Position numbers and translations under genes: made by a program
Notes under the pieces: model-generated
What the model saw: the letters and a program-made list of their open reading frames with translations, nothing else
What the model was told of the DNA's origin: nothing
Database searches by the model: none
In this document: positions 10,994 through 22,943 of the stretch, one piece after another
How the letters are laid out: each line of letters opens with the position of its first letter
Numbering within the stretch: the first letter of the stretch is position 1
NCBI GenBank assembly: GCA_043825735.1
Contig: JBDRRP010000069.1
Coordinates: 1 to 64,000, forward strand
Direction: 5' to 3'
Length of the DNA: 64,000 bases
Origin: Pseudomonadota bacterium
GTDB lineage: Bacteria > Desulfobacterota > Desulfobacteria > Desulfobacterales > JBDRRP01

Positions 10994-13693
10994 TCAATTC
11001 GAAACGTCGGCGTACCGGACCGGCCATACCACGGCATCGGCATCCTTGCTCAAGTGGTTCGCTTTGCCGTACCAGAGACTCATCTGGTAGACATACTTGG
11101 GCCCGAACTTGTGGCGGCTCTTTGTCCAGTATCCTACGTGGGTGATGATGTTGCTGAACGGATTTCCAGGTGGCAGTGCCGGATTCTGCTGCTTGGCGTC
11201 CACCAGTTGGGTAAATTCACGGATGGTGGGCAGCCGCCACCCGGTGAGTTTTTCGACGGTCAGATCGCGGCAATAGTCATTGGCGGCATCCCAGTCGACG
11301 GCGATCTGTTTGGGGGACTTGGTCCACATCAGATTGGTGAGGTAGTCGGTCACGGTGCCGTCGTCGTTGTCCTTGAATCGTTGCTGTTTTTTGCCGGTCA
11401 TCAGGTCCGTGAGGGTGCCATCCGTGTTTTCTTCGTAACGCTGAGCCATGACGGTGATCGAAAGGTCCTTTTTGCTTCCGTATACACCGTCTTCGTTACC
11501 GGCAGCGATTACTGCAGCGAGATCTCCGGTTTGATCGAACGCACGGCTCAGGCGCCATTCGGTGCCGGAGCCCTGCATGGGATACCGATTCTCGCCGACG
11601 GTGAGTATGACACTTTCCGCCTGCCTGTCGGTTTTTACCGCAAATTCAAAGGGGCGACCACGGATGCCGGTCGTCGGGCTGGCACTGGCCGACGCGATCT
11701 GCACGAGCGCGGCCGGTTTTTTCACGGTGAGGATGGCCCCTTCCCAGGTTTGCCCCCGTACGGCGTCTTTATTGATGGCCGAAAGGACGACCGGTGTCCG
11801 TCCCAGGCGCGCGATGCTGGTCGTATATTGCCAGTCCGTCTGACTGCCGGTCATGGCAAGGCGCTTGTCGTCGATTTCTATCCATACTTTGTCCGAAGGG
11901 GCCGATGTCTTGGCGGTGATGGCAAACTGGTCACCGGGGTAGCCCTTGCCGGGTGATACCACGCGAATGTCGACCTGGGTGATGTCGGGAATGGGCAGGG
12001 GACTTTTCTTTGTGATGATGCTTCCGGTTTTTTGCTCGCTGACGATTCCTTCGGGGTTGAGGGCCGCAACCGAGAACGATTTTTCACCGATGTCGGGTAT
12101 TTTCTTTTTGAAACTCCAGGTCCTCCCGGAGCCCGCCATGTCGTAGCGCTGTCCGTCCATTTCGAGCCGCACCCGCTCTGCAACGCGGTCGGTCGTAACG
12201 GAGATGACGAATTCTTCACCGGCAAAACCGCTTTTCGGACGGGTGTCGACGGAGACAACGTTTGTCGGCCCCAGTTTCAGAGCCAGATCTTTTTCCAGCG
12301 CTTTGCCGGGAATGCCGTCGATGTTGGTGGGGATGGCGGCGTAGTGAAGCTTGCCGATGTTATCAATCGTTTTTTCCAGACGCCACGCGGTTCCGGACCC
12401 CTTCATGGGGAACCGGTCGTTGCCGATCACGATAAAGACGTTTTGCGCCGGACGATCGGTGGTCGCGGTGAATGTGTACGGGTCACCGGCAAAGCCACCT
12501 TCGGGAGAGACCGTCAGTGCAGCGATGTTGGCCACCTCGCCGCGTTTTTCAACAACCTGGAACTTGCCGCCGGCGGTTTTTCCTTCAACCCCGTTTATAT
12601 TTTGGGCCGAGACCGTGTAGGTCGCCATGCCGAGGCGCTCAACCGGCGCATCGATGGCCCATTGGGTCCCGGAGCCTTTCAGCGCAAGGCGCTTGCCGTC
12701 AAGGGTCACGAAAACTTCCGCTGCAGGGCCACTGGTTGTGGCGGTGATGGAAAAGATCGCGCCCGGATAGCCCTTTTCCGGAAAAATGCTGGCCGTCGCG
12801 ATGTCGACCACGGCCGCCGGAACGGATCGGGCGATGGCAAACTGGCCTTCCTGATCCTGGGCACTGCGCAAGCGACCGCGCAGCAGCTTGACGCCTGCAA
12901 CCCGTATAATGGGAAAAAGAATATTTTCCTCGAAGATCAAGTTTTCGAAATCGGTGATATCCAGCGAATTGTCCTTCAGGGCCTTGGTCAGATAATAGGC
13001 AAATAGACCCATGCCTCCGGTATTGTCGTCACCGGGCCAGTGGGCATCGCCGAATGCGATGACTTCACGAGATCGCAGCTGTGATATTTCTTCCACCTTT
13101 TCCTCGTAACGCAGATCAAAAGGGGAGAGGGCGGTGGGTCGTGATCGCAGGATTTTGGTGGTGAAAAATGAATCGGTGAGGATGATCAAGTTGTTGAGTT
13201 TCATCTTCTCCGAGGCGAAGTACTGTTCCGCGAGGTCGGAATGCTTGAGCCATGATGGCTTGATGCCTTTTTTGCCGTCGGACGGTATCCAGTAGGTTTC
13301 CCCCTCATCGTCTTCAGTGCTGTGCCCGGAATAGAAGATGAGCAGATTGTCTTTTTCCGTCAGTTTGCGGCTGAGTGTGTCGATGGCGGTGAGGATGTTG
13401 ACCAGCGTCGGTTTGTCCCCCTGCTTATCGGTCAGCAGGGTGATGTTCGATTTTTTGAAATCGTAGTTTTCGACCAGGATTTTCGACAATGCCAGTGCAT
13501 CCGAAGGCGGGCTTTTTAAAGAGGGCCATTGTTGCTGGTATTGGCCGATGCCGATAATCAGTGCATAGTTGTTTCGGCTGCGATTAAATGCTTGCACCGC
13601 GCCGGCGTTGCCGGGACGCAGAAAAGCGGCTGTCGCACACAACAGGGACAGAATGGACAAAATCGCAGATGTGAGTATCCATCTGGAAGGCAT
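10994..13693 (-). CDS. Secreted caspase-fold (C14-like) + Ig-like repeats + DUF1566 protein
   Basis: Signal peptide; YALIIGIGQY...FYSGH; about five ~90-aa beta-rich repeats; DNDDGTVTD..TNLMW...WRLPT. Confidence 0.8.
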   Translation of the reverse strand: MPSRWILTSAILSILSLLCATAAFLRPGNAGAVQAFNRSRNNYALIIGIGQYQQQWPSLKSPPSDALALSKILVENYDFKKSNITLLTDKQGDKPTLVNILTAIDTLSRKLTEKDNLLIFYSGHSTEDDEGETYWIPSDGKKGIKPSWLKHSDLAEQYFASEKMKLNNLIILTDSFFTTKILRSRPTALSPFDLRYEEKVEEISQLRSREVIAFGDAHWPGDDNTGGMGLFAYYLTKALKDNSLDITDFENLIFEENILFPIIRVAGVKLLRGRLRSAQDQEGQFAIARSVPAAVVDIATASIFPEKGYPGAIFSITATTSGPAAEVFVTLDGKRLALKGSGTQWAIDAPVERLGMATYTVSAQNINGVEGKTAGGKFQVVEKRGEVANIAALTVSPEGGFAGDPYTFTATTDRPAQNVFIVIGNDRFPMKGSGTAWRLEKTIDNIGKLHYAAIPTNIDGIPGKALEKDLALKLGPTNVVSVDTRPKSGFAGEEFVISVTTDRVAERVRLEMDGQRYDMAGSGRTWSFKKKIPDIGEKSFSVAALNPEGIVSEQKTGSIITKKSPLPIPDITQVDIRVVSPGKGYPGDQFAITAKTSAPSDKVWIEIDDKRLAMTGSQTDWQYTTSIARLGRTPVVLSAINKDAVRGQTWEGAILTVKKPAALVQIASASASPTTGIRGRPFEFAVKTDRQAESVILTVGENRYPMQGSGTEWRLSRAFDQTGDLAAVIAAGNEDGVYGSKKDLSITVMAQRYEENTDGTLTDLMTGKKQQRFKDNDDGTVTDYLTNLMWTKSPKQIAVDWDAANDYCRDLTVEKLTGWRLPTIREFTQLVDAKQQNPALPPGNPFSNIITHVGYWTKSRHKFGPKYVYQMSLWYGKANHLSKDADAVVWPVRYADVSN

Positions 13694-14091
13694 TGAAGTA
13701 TTGGATGTCAGTGCGATTATCGTTCAAATAACTGCTAAGATCTTAGAAAAATTGACATTTATACCTATAAACGCGAACGCAAGCAATGTCAAGATGGATT
13801 CTGGGAGCCGACATGACGTTCGGAACGGCGCGTGATCACGGGCAGATTCCGGAATGCGGACATGATTCAATAGCCCGTGAAATGTTTTTTCCGAGATTGC
13901 CGTGTCCCGGTTTGAAGACGCCTCAGCAACAGACCGCAGAACAGGTTTGCGCGTATGCAGAAAGCGCCAGTCGGTCTCTTTCCTCAGTGATGCCAAAGCA
14001 CGGAGGCGCGGAAGACACGGAGATTATATGAAACGTGTAATTCATTTCACAGTGGACGCGGGTTTACACCCGCCGGTGGCCGGTTTAGCTG

Positions 14092-14119
14092 TTGACATTG
14101 CTCATTGATGCCGTATAAG
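14092..14119 (+). promoter_or_regulatory. Putative sigma70 promoter
   Basis: TTGACA-16bp-TATAAG upstream of the PP2C gene. Confidence 0.45.
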
Positions 14120-14142
14120 AGGGGATCATATTACTGCTAAAA

Positions 14143-14946
14143 GTGATGGGTATGGATTCCAAAGAGCGACGAAAATTTACGATTATCACTCCCCTGATGT
14201 CCTGTTGCGGCATCTCCGACCCGGGGCGCAAAAGGGCAGAAAACGAAGACACGATCCATTTGGATGAGGTCGGCGGATTTGTTCTACTGGCTGATGGCAT
14301 GGGGGGGCATGAACGTGGCGCCGAAGCCAGCCGAACCGCCGTTGATGTCATTAAGCGGTTTTTTGATCCCGAAGTGATCAAATCCGAGCTTATGGATATT
14401 ACCGATGGGTGCGGTCTGCCTGCAGAAATATCCTGCCAGCTTTCTCTCATCGACAGTGCCGTGAACAAGGCCAATGATACCGTCTTCCAGTTGAACCAGG
14501 AAAAGGGGTTGACCCGTTATATGGGTACGACCGTCGTGGGGTTGATCATCCTGGCCAAAAACAAGGCGGTATGGTTCCACGTCGGAGACAGCCGCCTTTA
14601 CCGATGGAGAAATTCCGAGTTGACCTGTCTGACACGCGACCATTCCGCCTATATGGAGTGGGACAGCGATGGTCGTGTCGGCGTGGCCCCGCACACGAAC
14701 ATCATCACCCGTGCCATCGGACCGACCCCGGCCGTTTCGCCTTCCACCGGCTGGTCTGAAACCCTGCCCCAAGATATTTATCTTCTCTGTAGTGACGGAC
14801 TGACGGATATGATCAGTGAAGAGACGGTTAAGTCCATCATTGGAAAAGAATCGTCCGTAGAAGTCATTGCCGAGTCGCTCATCGATGCCGCAAACGCAGC
14901 CGGTGGCAGAGACAATGTCAGCGCTATCGTCTGCAAAACCGGATAG
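14143..14946 (+). CDS. PP2C family Ser/Thr phosphatase
   Basis: ENED, LADGMGGH, HVGDSR, CSDGL, GRDNVS. Confidence 0.92.
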   Translation: MMGMDSKERRKFTIITPLMSCCGISDPGRKRAENEDTIHLDEVGGFVLLADGMGGHERGAEASRTAVDVIKRFFDPEVIKSELMDITDGCGLPAEISCQLSLIDSAVNKANDTVFQLNQEKGLTRYMGTTVVGLIILAKNKAVWFHVGDSRLYRWRNSELTCLTRDHSAYMEWDSDGRVGVAPHTNIITRAIGPTPAVSPSTGWSETLPQDIYLLCSDGLTDMISEETVKSIIGKESSVEVIAESLIDAANAAGGRDNVSAIVCKTG

Positions 14947-15187
14947 CCGTCGTCTCGCCGCCCGCCCGGTTTTGGATCTTCCCCGGTAAAATTCCCTCAC
15001 GGTTCATCCAGCGCCAGTTGGTCTTTTCTCAAAGTGATGTTGAACCAGTCACGGAGGACACAGAGATTTTTTTAATCAAAATCAACCGGTTTCGATTTCG
15101 ATGTTTACCAGGAGTTGTTGTGCAAACGGAACGTATTTTTATGGCTATAAGTCTGCGGGGGAGGGGCGGCCGCTTGGCCTGAGGGGG

Positions 15188-16087
15188 TTACATCTTAATG
15201 ATGTAGCTGATGGCGCTGGATCCACCGGGGTTGACTTCACGGCCCAGACTGATGAGTCCGCTCCCCAGGAGCGGGGATTCGTCCCTTTTCAAGTGGATGT
15301 TTTTTTTCCCTTGGACCAGCAGGAAGGTGCCATTGCTGCTTTGGTCGATGAGTACGAATTTGCCGCGGCGGTACTCGACGCGCGCGTGGGATCGGGATAC
15401 GCGGCTGTCGTTGACCACGACATCGTTATGGAGCTGACGACCGAGAGTCGCTGTTGGGCGCGATTCGTCAACAATCGTCACTGTACCGCCAAAGGTCAAC
15501 TCGAGGCTGTATTTGAGGGTAGCGTTGTCCAGCCCCTCGTCAAGCATTACAGTAACGTCGTGTTCTTCCCATACCACTTCGAAGATCTCCATCTCGCCGC
15601 TTTTGCCTTTGATGGTCGTCTTATCAATGCAGTGGCATTTTTCACGGTATTCGTCGGGCAGCAAGGCTACGGTTTCACTCGTGGTGATGATCTGGCGCTG
15701 ATTGGCTTGGGCCACCATTCGAGCAGCCACATTAACGGCATCGCCGAAAACATCACCCTCCTCACGAATCACCTGGCCAAATTGAATTCCAACATAAATG
15801 TTGGGCGGCGTAATGTCCGGTTTTTCGTGGAAATTGATCTGTTCAATGGATTGGTGCATTTCCTTGGCAGCATCCACAGCCGCCTGGGCTGTCGGAAACG
15901 TGCACATGATCTCGTCGCCAATGGTCTTGATGACCGTCCCGTCAAAGTGCCTGGTGATCTTATCCATCAGGGCAATGCAGGTGCCAATGAGGTTCTGGGC
16001 AAGACGATCTCCCAAAGTCTCATAGATGTGGGTGCTTTTGGCGATGTCGGCAAACAGGATGGCTACCGATACCGTTTCACGAGACAT
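15188..16087 (-). CDS. Class III adenylate cyclase with C-terminal FHA domain
   Basis: ILFADI, KTIGDEIM, DVFGDAVNVAAR; FHA GR...SRSH...SSNGT. Start codon uncertain. Confidence 0.88.
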   Translation of the reverse strand: MSRETVSVAILFADIAKSTHIYETLGDRLAQNLIGTCIALMDKITRHFDGTVIKTIGDEIMCTFPTAQAAVDAAKEMHQSIEQINFHEKPDITPPNIYVGIQFGQVIREEGDVFGDAVNVAARMVAQANQRQIITTSETVALLPDEYREKCHCIDKTTIKGKSGEMEIFEVVWEEHDVTVMLDEGLDNATLKYSLELTFGGTVTIVDESRPTATLGRQLHNDVVVNDSRVSRSHARVEYRRGKFVLIDQSSNGTFLLVQGKKNIHLKRDESPLLGSGLISLGREVNPGGSSAISYIIKM

Positions 16088-16489
16088 AATCGCCCTCATT
16101 GGCAAAGGAAGAACTTCTAGTTCGGATAAAGTAATGAATCGACTCGGTGCTGTCAATGGAAAAAAAGAGAGATTCATCGGCGGGTTACACTCGGCCAACG
16201 AATGCGGATCACGATTTTGAGCGGCGCTGGGGGAAATGGTTGAAATATATTGCGGATTGATTAGAGTTGAGTGAATAGTTGCGATACTGGTGATGTCCCC
16301 GTTTTGTTGGATATTTGAAGAAACCCCGCAGCTATCGGCTGAAGATGCGCTCGCGGTGCCGGTTCAAGTTGCCTTGAGAACTTTCTTGATGCGGCCGCAC
16401 CAATTGTCATCACAGGTTTTTGGGGCTTACTGTATCCGGCGCCCGACGCGGGCGATCCTTCTCCGGTGACTCCCATGGGAGGCAGGCGA

Positions 16490-17347
16490 ATGAGAACAAC
16501 CCCAATTTTTGGAAATGCGCTGCGGTGGATGCTGATGATCGCCGCCTTCTGGTGTTATAGCGCGGTGCCGGTGATTGCGGCCCCTTACTACAGCATTCAT
16601 GTGGCCTCGTTTTCCTTTCTTAAGAATGCAAATGCGTTTGTGAACTCCCTTTCCGCAGCAGAAAAAGTGGTTTTTTGGCGTGAGGTGGATATTCCGGATA
16701 AGGGGCGGTTCTACCGGGTGTTCATCGGCCGGTATCCGACCTATAAAGGCGCGCTTGCCGCCTGGAAATCCCTTAACAAAGAGGAGAATGTCAGCTACCA
16801 GGGCATTTTCCAGTTCGAGTCCAAGGATGTTCCGGGCGTTTCCGAAACCGCTGTTGAAGATGTGCCTGATACGCTTCAAGATGCGCCTGAAACGGATACT
16901 GCCAGTGTCAGCCCGCCCGCTGCCGTCGTTGACAACCATTCGGGGGATCGGTTCATCGATAACGGCGATGGAACGGTAACCGATACGAAAAACCGGCTCA
17001 TGTGGGTGAAAAATGGTTGGCCCCTGGTGTTTTTTGCGGCCTCCCAGTGGGAGGATGCCACCGCCAAGTGCCTCCAGTTTTCCCATGCCGGTTACCGAGA
17101 CTGGAAGCTCCCCAGTGTAAAACAGTGGGAAACCCTCATCGATTCGAATCAGGAAGCACCCGCCCTGCCAAATCCCAATCCTTTTGAAAACGTTATCATA
17201 CATATGCCCTACTGGTCTAGCAGCGAAATGGTGAAGTATCCTGTGAAAGTTTACGCAGTGCTGCTTTACAACGGCCGTATCCATCAATTGCGAAAGGATG
17301 AACGGGCCTTCATATTTCCTGTAAGGGAACTGGCGGCATCTCAGTGA
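16490..17347 (+). CDS. SPOR domain + DUF1566 exported protein
   Basis: Signal peptide; YSIHVASF...FYRVFIGRY; DNGDGTVTD...LMW...DWKLP. Confidence 0.8.
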   Translation: MRTTPIFGNALRWMLMIAAFWCYSAVPVIAAPYYSIHVASFSFLKNANAFVNSLSAAEKVVFWREVDIPDKGRFYRVFIGRYPTYKGALAAWKSLNKEENVSYQGIFQFESKDVPGVSETAVEDVPDTLQDAPETDTASVSPPAAVVDNHSGDRFIDNGDGTVTDTKNRLMWVKNGWPLVFFAASQWEDATAKCLQFSHAGYRDWKLPSVKQWETLIDSNQEAPALPNPNPFENVIIHMPYWSSSEMVKYPVKVYAVLLYNGRIHQLRKDERAFIFPVRELAASQ

Positions 17348-17354
17348 TGCGGCA

Positions 17355-18551
17355 CTAATCAGCGGCGTCCGGAACCGGCAACCGCTCCTGCTGAGGCAGC
17401 CTGGAAGGCGGGGATGTCGATGGGGCTCCGGAGACCGGAGTGGTGATGCGAAGCCGCCGACCCACGCGGCGGCCTTCTTGAATCACTGCCGCATCCGCCT
17501 GCACGGCCCGGGAGCGTACGGTCCGCAGCCTCGGATATTTCTGCTTTACGTAGGCCGTCAAGAGGGGGTCGCTTGTGGTGATAAGGGCTCCCTGGCCGGC
17601 GGTCATGCTCATGACGCGATTCTGGCTTTCCAGCTGAGATCGAAATCCTTGGATGATCCCGATGGCGTAGTCAGTTTTTCGGTGTCCGGATATTTTCCGG
17701 CCTGCCGTGTAGTCCTGCCACTGCCTGTCGATGAAGCGGCGGATGTAGTCGTAAACGTAACCGGCCATCTGGACGTTCTCCAGCGCGCCGCTGATTTCCA
17801 GCACAGTTCCCATTTTTTCTTTTTCCAGGACCCAGGCCGGCACCCAGATGGCTTCCACAAAATAAAAATCGGCCAGCAGGCCGCCGAGAAAAGAGTGGTC
17901 CCGTGTGTGGCGCAGTTCCGGTCTGCCGGCGAAAACACTGATGTAATTTTCACTGCTGCGGCAGGTATCCCCTTCCTGGATCTGAAACCGCGTCATGAGG
18001 AGCCTGGCCTTGACCAGTGCGGTGGCCGCTTCATTGGGGTTGCCACTGCGGCTCATGGCCAGCAGTTTTCTTATCTTCAAACGCATGATATCGTCGCGGG
18101 TCGTCGCGCTGCCGTCCAGCCGCGCGTGCAGCAGGGGATAGTCCCCAGAGGCCTGTGCGTTGGCGCCGATCATCCGGCAGGCTTTCTGAAAATCCGCGCC
18201 ATGGGATGAGGCAGGGGCGCCGCTTTTCATTTCATCCGCGATCTGATGGGCTGTTTCATGAAGGAGCACGTCGCGGATGGCATCCCAGGGGTGGTGGCGA
18301 ATCAGTCGTCGGCTGAGGGTGATGGTGTTGGTTGCAGCCGTCCAGTGGCCCCAGGTGGCCGGCATGTCGGTGATGCGAAACTGCGGTCTGCGCAGCCGCC
18401 GGCGAATGGCCGCCGGAATGCGCCACTGAACCAGATCCCATTCCGCGGCCAGGCCATGGAGGATGCTACGCTCCAGTGCCATGAGGATGTTCAGGGCATC
18501 GTCCGGTGATGGGTGTTTTGTGTCTGGATTCATAAGAGAAATTCGGATCAT
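17355..18551 (-). CDS. SprT-like zinc metallopeptidase domain + DUF2786
   Basis: LLHETAHQ...HGADF; KIRKLLAMSRSGNPNEA. Confidence 0.8.
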   Translation of the reverse strand: MIRISLMNPDTKHPSPDDALNILMALERSILHGLAAEWDLVQWRIPAAIRRRLRRPQFRITDMPATWGHWTAATNTITLSRRLIRHHPWDAIRDVLLHETAHQIADEMKSGAPASSHGADFQKACRMIGANAQASGDYPLLHARLDGSATTRDDIMRLKIRKLLAMSRSGNPNEAATALVKARLLMTRFQIQEGDTCRSSENYISVFAGRPELRHTRDHSFLGGLLADFYFVEAIWVPAWVLEKEKMGTVLEISGALENVQMAGYVYDYIRRFIDRQWQDYTAGRKISGHRKTDYAIGIIQGFRSQLESQNRVMSMTAGQGALITTSDPLLTAYVKQKYPRLRTVRSRAVQADAAVIQEGRRVGRRLRITTPVSGAPSTSPPSRLPQQERLPVPDAAD

Positions 18552-18653
18552 CTCCCGAAAAGTTGGTCGATGATTAGGCGCAACCCTTGAACCCTCAGGC
18601 CCTTTTTCTCAACTAAATGGGCGAAAACCCTGAAAACCGTTGTAGGGTGACAG

Positions 18654-19571
18654 ATGAACACATCTCATAGCATCGGGACCGATCAAATACTACCGCTTCC
18701 TGCCCTGGATGACATCGCCGACGATTTTCTGCCGCAGGGGCTGCCTCCGGTGGTGGATGCACATGTGCACATCTTCCCCGATCGCATTTTCTCAGCGGTC
18801 CGGGAATGGTTCGATGAGAACGGATGGCCCATTCGCTATCGGATGGCCGCCCACGACACCCTCGCGTTTCTTCTGGAACGGGGGGTGGCCCATGTGGTGG
18901 CGCTTCAGTATGCGCACCGGCCGGGCGTGGCCGGGATGCTCAATCCCTTTATGACCCGTATCTGTGAGCGGTTTGATCGGGTCACAGGACTTGCCACCGT
19001 CTTTCCCGGAGAGCCGGATGCGGCCGGCATTCTGGAGACCGCTTTCGAACAGGGGCTTTCCGGCGTGAAACTGCATGCCCACGTTCAGTGTTTTTCCATC
19101 GATGGGCCGGACATGGCAACCATCTATGACGTGTGCCAGGCCAACGACATGCCGCTGGTCATGCATGTGGGCCGGGAGCCCAAAAGCGACGCCTACCGGT
19201 GCGATCCCTATGAACTGTGCCGCGTGGATCTGGTGGAAGCGGTCTTGCGCCGGTATCCGCGTCTGAAGCTGTGCGTGCCCCACCTGGGTGCGGATGAATT
19301 CACCGCCTACCACCGCCTGCTTTCCGAATACGACAACCTGTGGTTGGACACCACCATGGTCCTGGCCGATTACCTGCCCATCGGCACCGAGCTTCCGCCG
19401 TTGGCGGATTTCCGTTCCGACCGCGTGATGTTTGGTACCGATTTTCCCAACATACCCTACGCCTGGGATCGCGAGATCAAAAAACTGGCGGCCATGGGAA
19501 TCGACGCATCCTTTCTGGCCCGGTTGCTGGGAGAAAACGCAGCAGCGTTTTACGGGATTTCTCAATTTTAA
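18654..19571 (+). CDS. Amidohydrolase family 2 protein
   Basis: DAHVH, GVKLH, VMH, PHLG, FGTDFP. Confidence 0.88.
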   Translation: MNTSHSIGTDQILPLPALDDIADDFLPQGLPPVVDAHVHIFPDRIFSAVREWFDENGWPIRYRMAAHDTLAFLLERGVAHVVALQYAHRPGVAGMLNPFMTRICERFDRVTGLATVFPGEPDAAGILETAFEQGLSGVKLHAHVQCFSIDGPDMATIYDVCQANDMPLVMHVGREPKSDAYRCDPYELCRVDLVEAVLRRYPRLKLCVPHLGADEFTAYHRLLSEYDNLWLDTTMVLADYLPIGTELPPLADFRSDRVMFGTDFPNIPYAWDREIKKLAAMGIDASFLARLLGENAAAFYGISQF

Positions 19572-19605
19572 GAGTCCGTTCGATCGGCGGATGGAAGATA
19601 GCGGT

Positions 19606-20418
19606 TCAGCTGTAAACGCGGCTGCCCATCGCACCATCACGGTATCGCTGGACCAGATCGCCGTAGGCGGCAGCAAATTCGGGGCGAAGGCGATTGCGGC
19701 ATAATACCAGGTTGTCGGAATACACCTCGGTCTTGATTACATCGTTGACGACATCTTCGAACACGAAAGAAAACAACTGCGCCACGGTCTGCTCGTCGAA
19801 GACGTGAAAATGGATGAACGGATAGGTCACGGGATATTTTTCGTGAAACGCCTTCTGCCAGCCGTGCTCCACGACGGCTGAGCGGTAGTAGTCATCGTTG
19901 TGGGTGGTATCCGATGCATCGGCACCGGATTCGAAATCCGCGATCAAATGGGCCAGCGGCGTGGGCTCCCGGTACATGTCGTAGGTGTAACGGTAATGCG
20001 GGATGGCGTGATACTGCCACCCGCCTGGCTTGGTGATCAGGTGAATGTTGATGAGCAGCCAGATGGGGTTCGGCGAGTGTTCGATCATGTTGGAGGAAAC
20101 GGTGGCGTCGTATCTGCCCAACAGATCCGGACGGCGGTAGGCATCGTGTATATCCAGCAGCAACGCTTTACGGTCGCGAGGCTCTCGCCATCCATGTTTT
20201 CTGAAGCGCCATTCCTGGGTGATGTGCTTTTTGACACTGAGGATGGAGCGTACGCCTGAACGGATTTTCCCGAACCCACCGTCCGGCAGGTTCAGATCGT
20301 CCACGGTGCACCCGTCGTAGGTCATCAACTGGTTGACCGTGCCGCCGATGCGGGCGATATGGCCCTGGATGCTGCGGTGCACGCGGGCTTCTATGTCGGT
20401 ATTGATCAGTAGGGCCAT
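19606..20418 (-). CDS. Putative SAM-methyltransferase-like protein
   Basis: YDATVSSNMIEHSPNP...ITKPGG resembles the C-terminal half of a class I MTase; motif I is not clear. Confidence 0.5.
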   Translation of the reverse strand: MALLINTDIEARVHRSIQGHIARIGGTVNQLMTYDGCTVDDLNLPDGGFGKIRSGVRSILSVKKHITQEWRFRKHGWREPRDRKALLLDIHDAYRRPDLLGRYDATVSSNMIEHSPNPIWLLINIHLITKPGGWQYHAIPHYRYTYDMYREPTPLAHLIADFESGADASDTTHNDDYYRSAVVEHGWQKAFHEKYPVTYPFIHFHVFDEQTVAQLFSFVFEDVVNDVIKTEVYSDNLVLCRNRLRPEFAAAYGDLVQRYRDGAMGSRVYS

Positions 20419-20439
20419 GGATCCAATTGCCGTAAAGCG

Positions 20440-20574
20440 TGATAACCCTGTAAAAAGTCTGAAATCACCACAGAGGACACAGCGAGCGCAGAGATAACTT
20501 GCTAATTATTCTGTATATTCTCTGCGGTCCTCTGCGGTCTCTGTGGTTCAAAATCCCTTTTTACGGATTCATCA
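20440..20574. repeat. MITE-like element with terminal inverted repeats
   Basis: TGATAACCCTGTAAAAAG...CTTTTTACGGATTCATCA with an internal CACCACAGAGGACACAG / CTCTGTGG palindrome; related copy at 22648. Confidence 0.65.
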
Positions 20575-20595
20575 AGCGTAGCTGTTTCGGAAAAT

Positions 20596-20626
20596 AAAAA
20601 AGCCACTTTTTAAAAGTGGCCTTTTT
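20596..20626 (-). terminator. Terminator after tRNA-Pro
   Basis: GCCACTTT/AAAGTGGC hairpin flanked by A/T tracts. Confidence 0.7.
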
Positions 20627-20637
20627 ATAGCAAGTGA

Positions 20638-20714
20638 TGGTCGGGAAGACTGGATTTGAACCAGCGACCCCAGCGTCCCGAACGCTGTGCTCTACCAGGC
20701 TGAGCCACTTCCCG
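20638..20714 (-). tRNA. tRNA-Pro(CGG)
   Basis: Reverse complement CGGGAAGTGGCTCAGCCTGGTAGAGC...TTCGGGA...GGTTCAAATCC...CCCGACCA. Confidence 0.95.
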
Positions 20715-20785
20715 ACACGCGTTGTCCTTTATGTTACCGGCCTGCGATTGTCAACAGGTTTCAGGGCGTGTTTTCCCACCGGTTT

Positions 20786-22602
<1,817 letters not shown>

Positions 22603-22647
22603 CAGGGATGCATATGCCGAAACGCGATTGATCGCAATCTCTTAATT

Positions 22648-22743
22648 TGATGCCTTAGTAAAAAGTCAGAAATCACCACAGAGGACACAGAGAGCACAGA
22701 GATAACGTACAAATTATTCAGTATATTCTCTGCGGTTCTCTGC
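22648..22743. repeat. Truncated copy of the MITE at 20440
   Basis: Near-identical GTAAAAAGTC.GAAATCACCACAGAGGACACAG...TATATTCTCTGCGG; right end missing. Confidence 0.65.
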
Positions 22744-22793
22744 TATCCCTCCGGATTTAGGGCAATGAGAGCGGCCGCTGTCGGGGATAGGTG

Positions 22794-22822
22794 TTGACAT
22801 CGCGACGGCTTTGGCCTATTAC
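22794..22822 (+). promoter_or_regulatory. Sigma70 promoter of tRNA-Arg
   Basis: TTGACA-17bp-TATTAC. Confidence 0.6.
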
Positions 22823-22846
22823 CCTCTCGTCGTTTTCGACACCCGC

Positions 22847-22924
22847 GCGCCCGTAGCTCAGCCCGGATAGAGCGCCGGACTACGAATCCGTAGGTCGCCT
22901 GTTCGAATCAGGCCGGGCGCGCCA
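22847..22924 (+). tRNA. tRNA-Arg(ACG)
   Basis: GCGCCCGTAGCTCAG...CTACGAA...GTTCGAATC...CGGGCGCGCCA. Confidence 0.95.
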
Positions 22925-22943
22925 CTGAAATCAAGGGGTTAGC

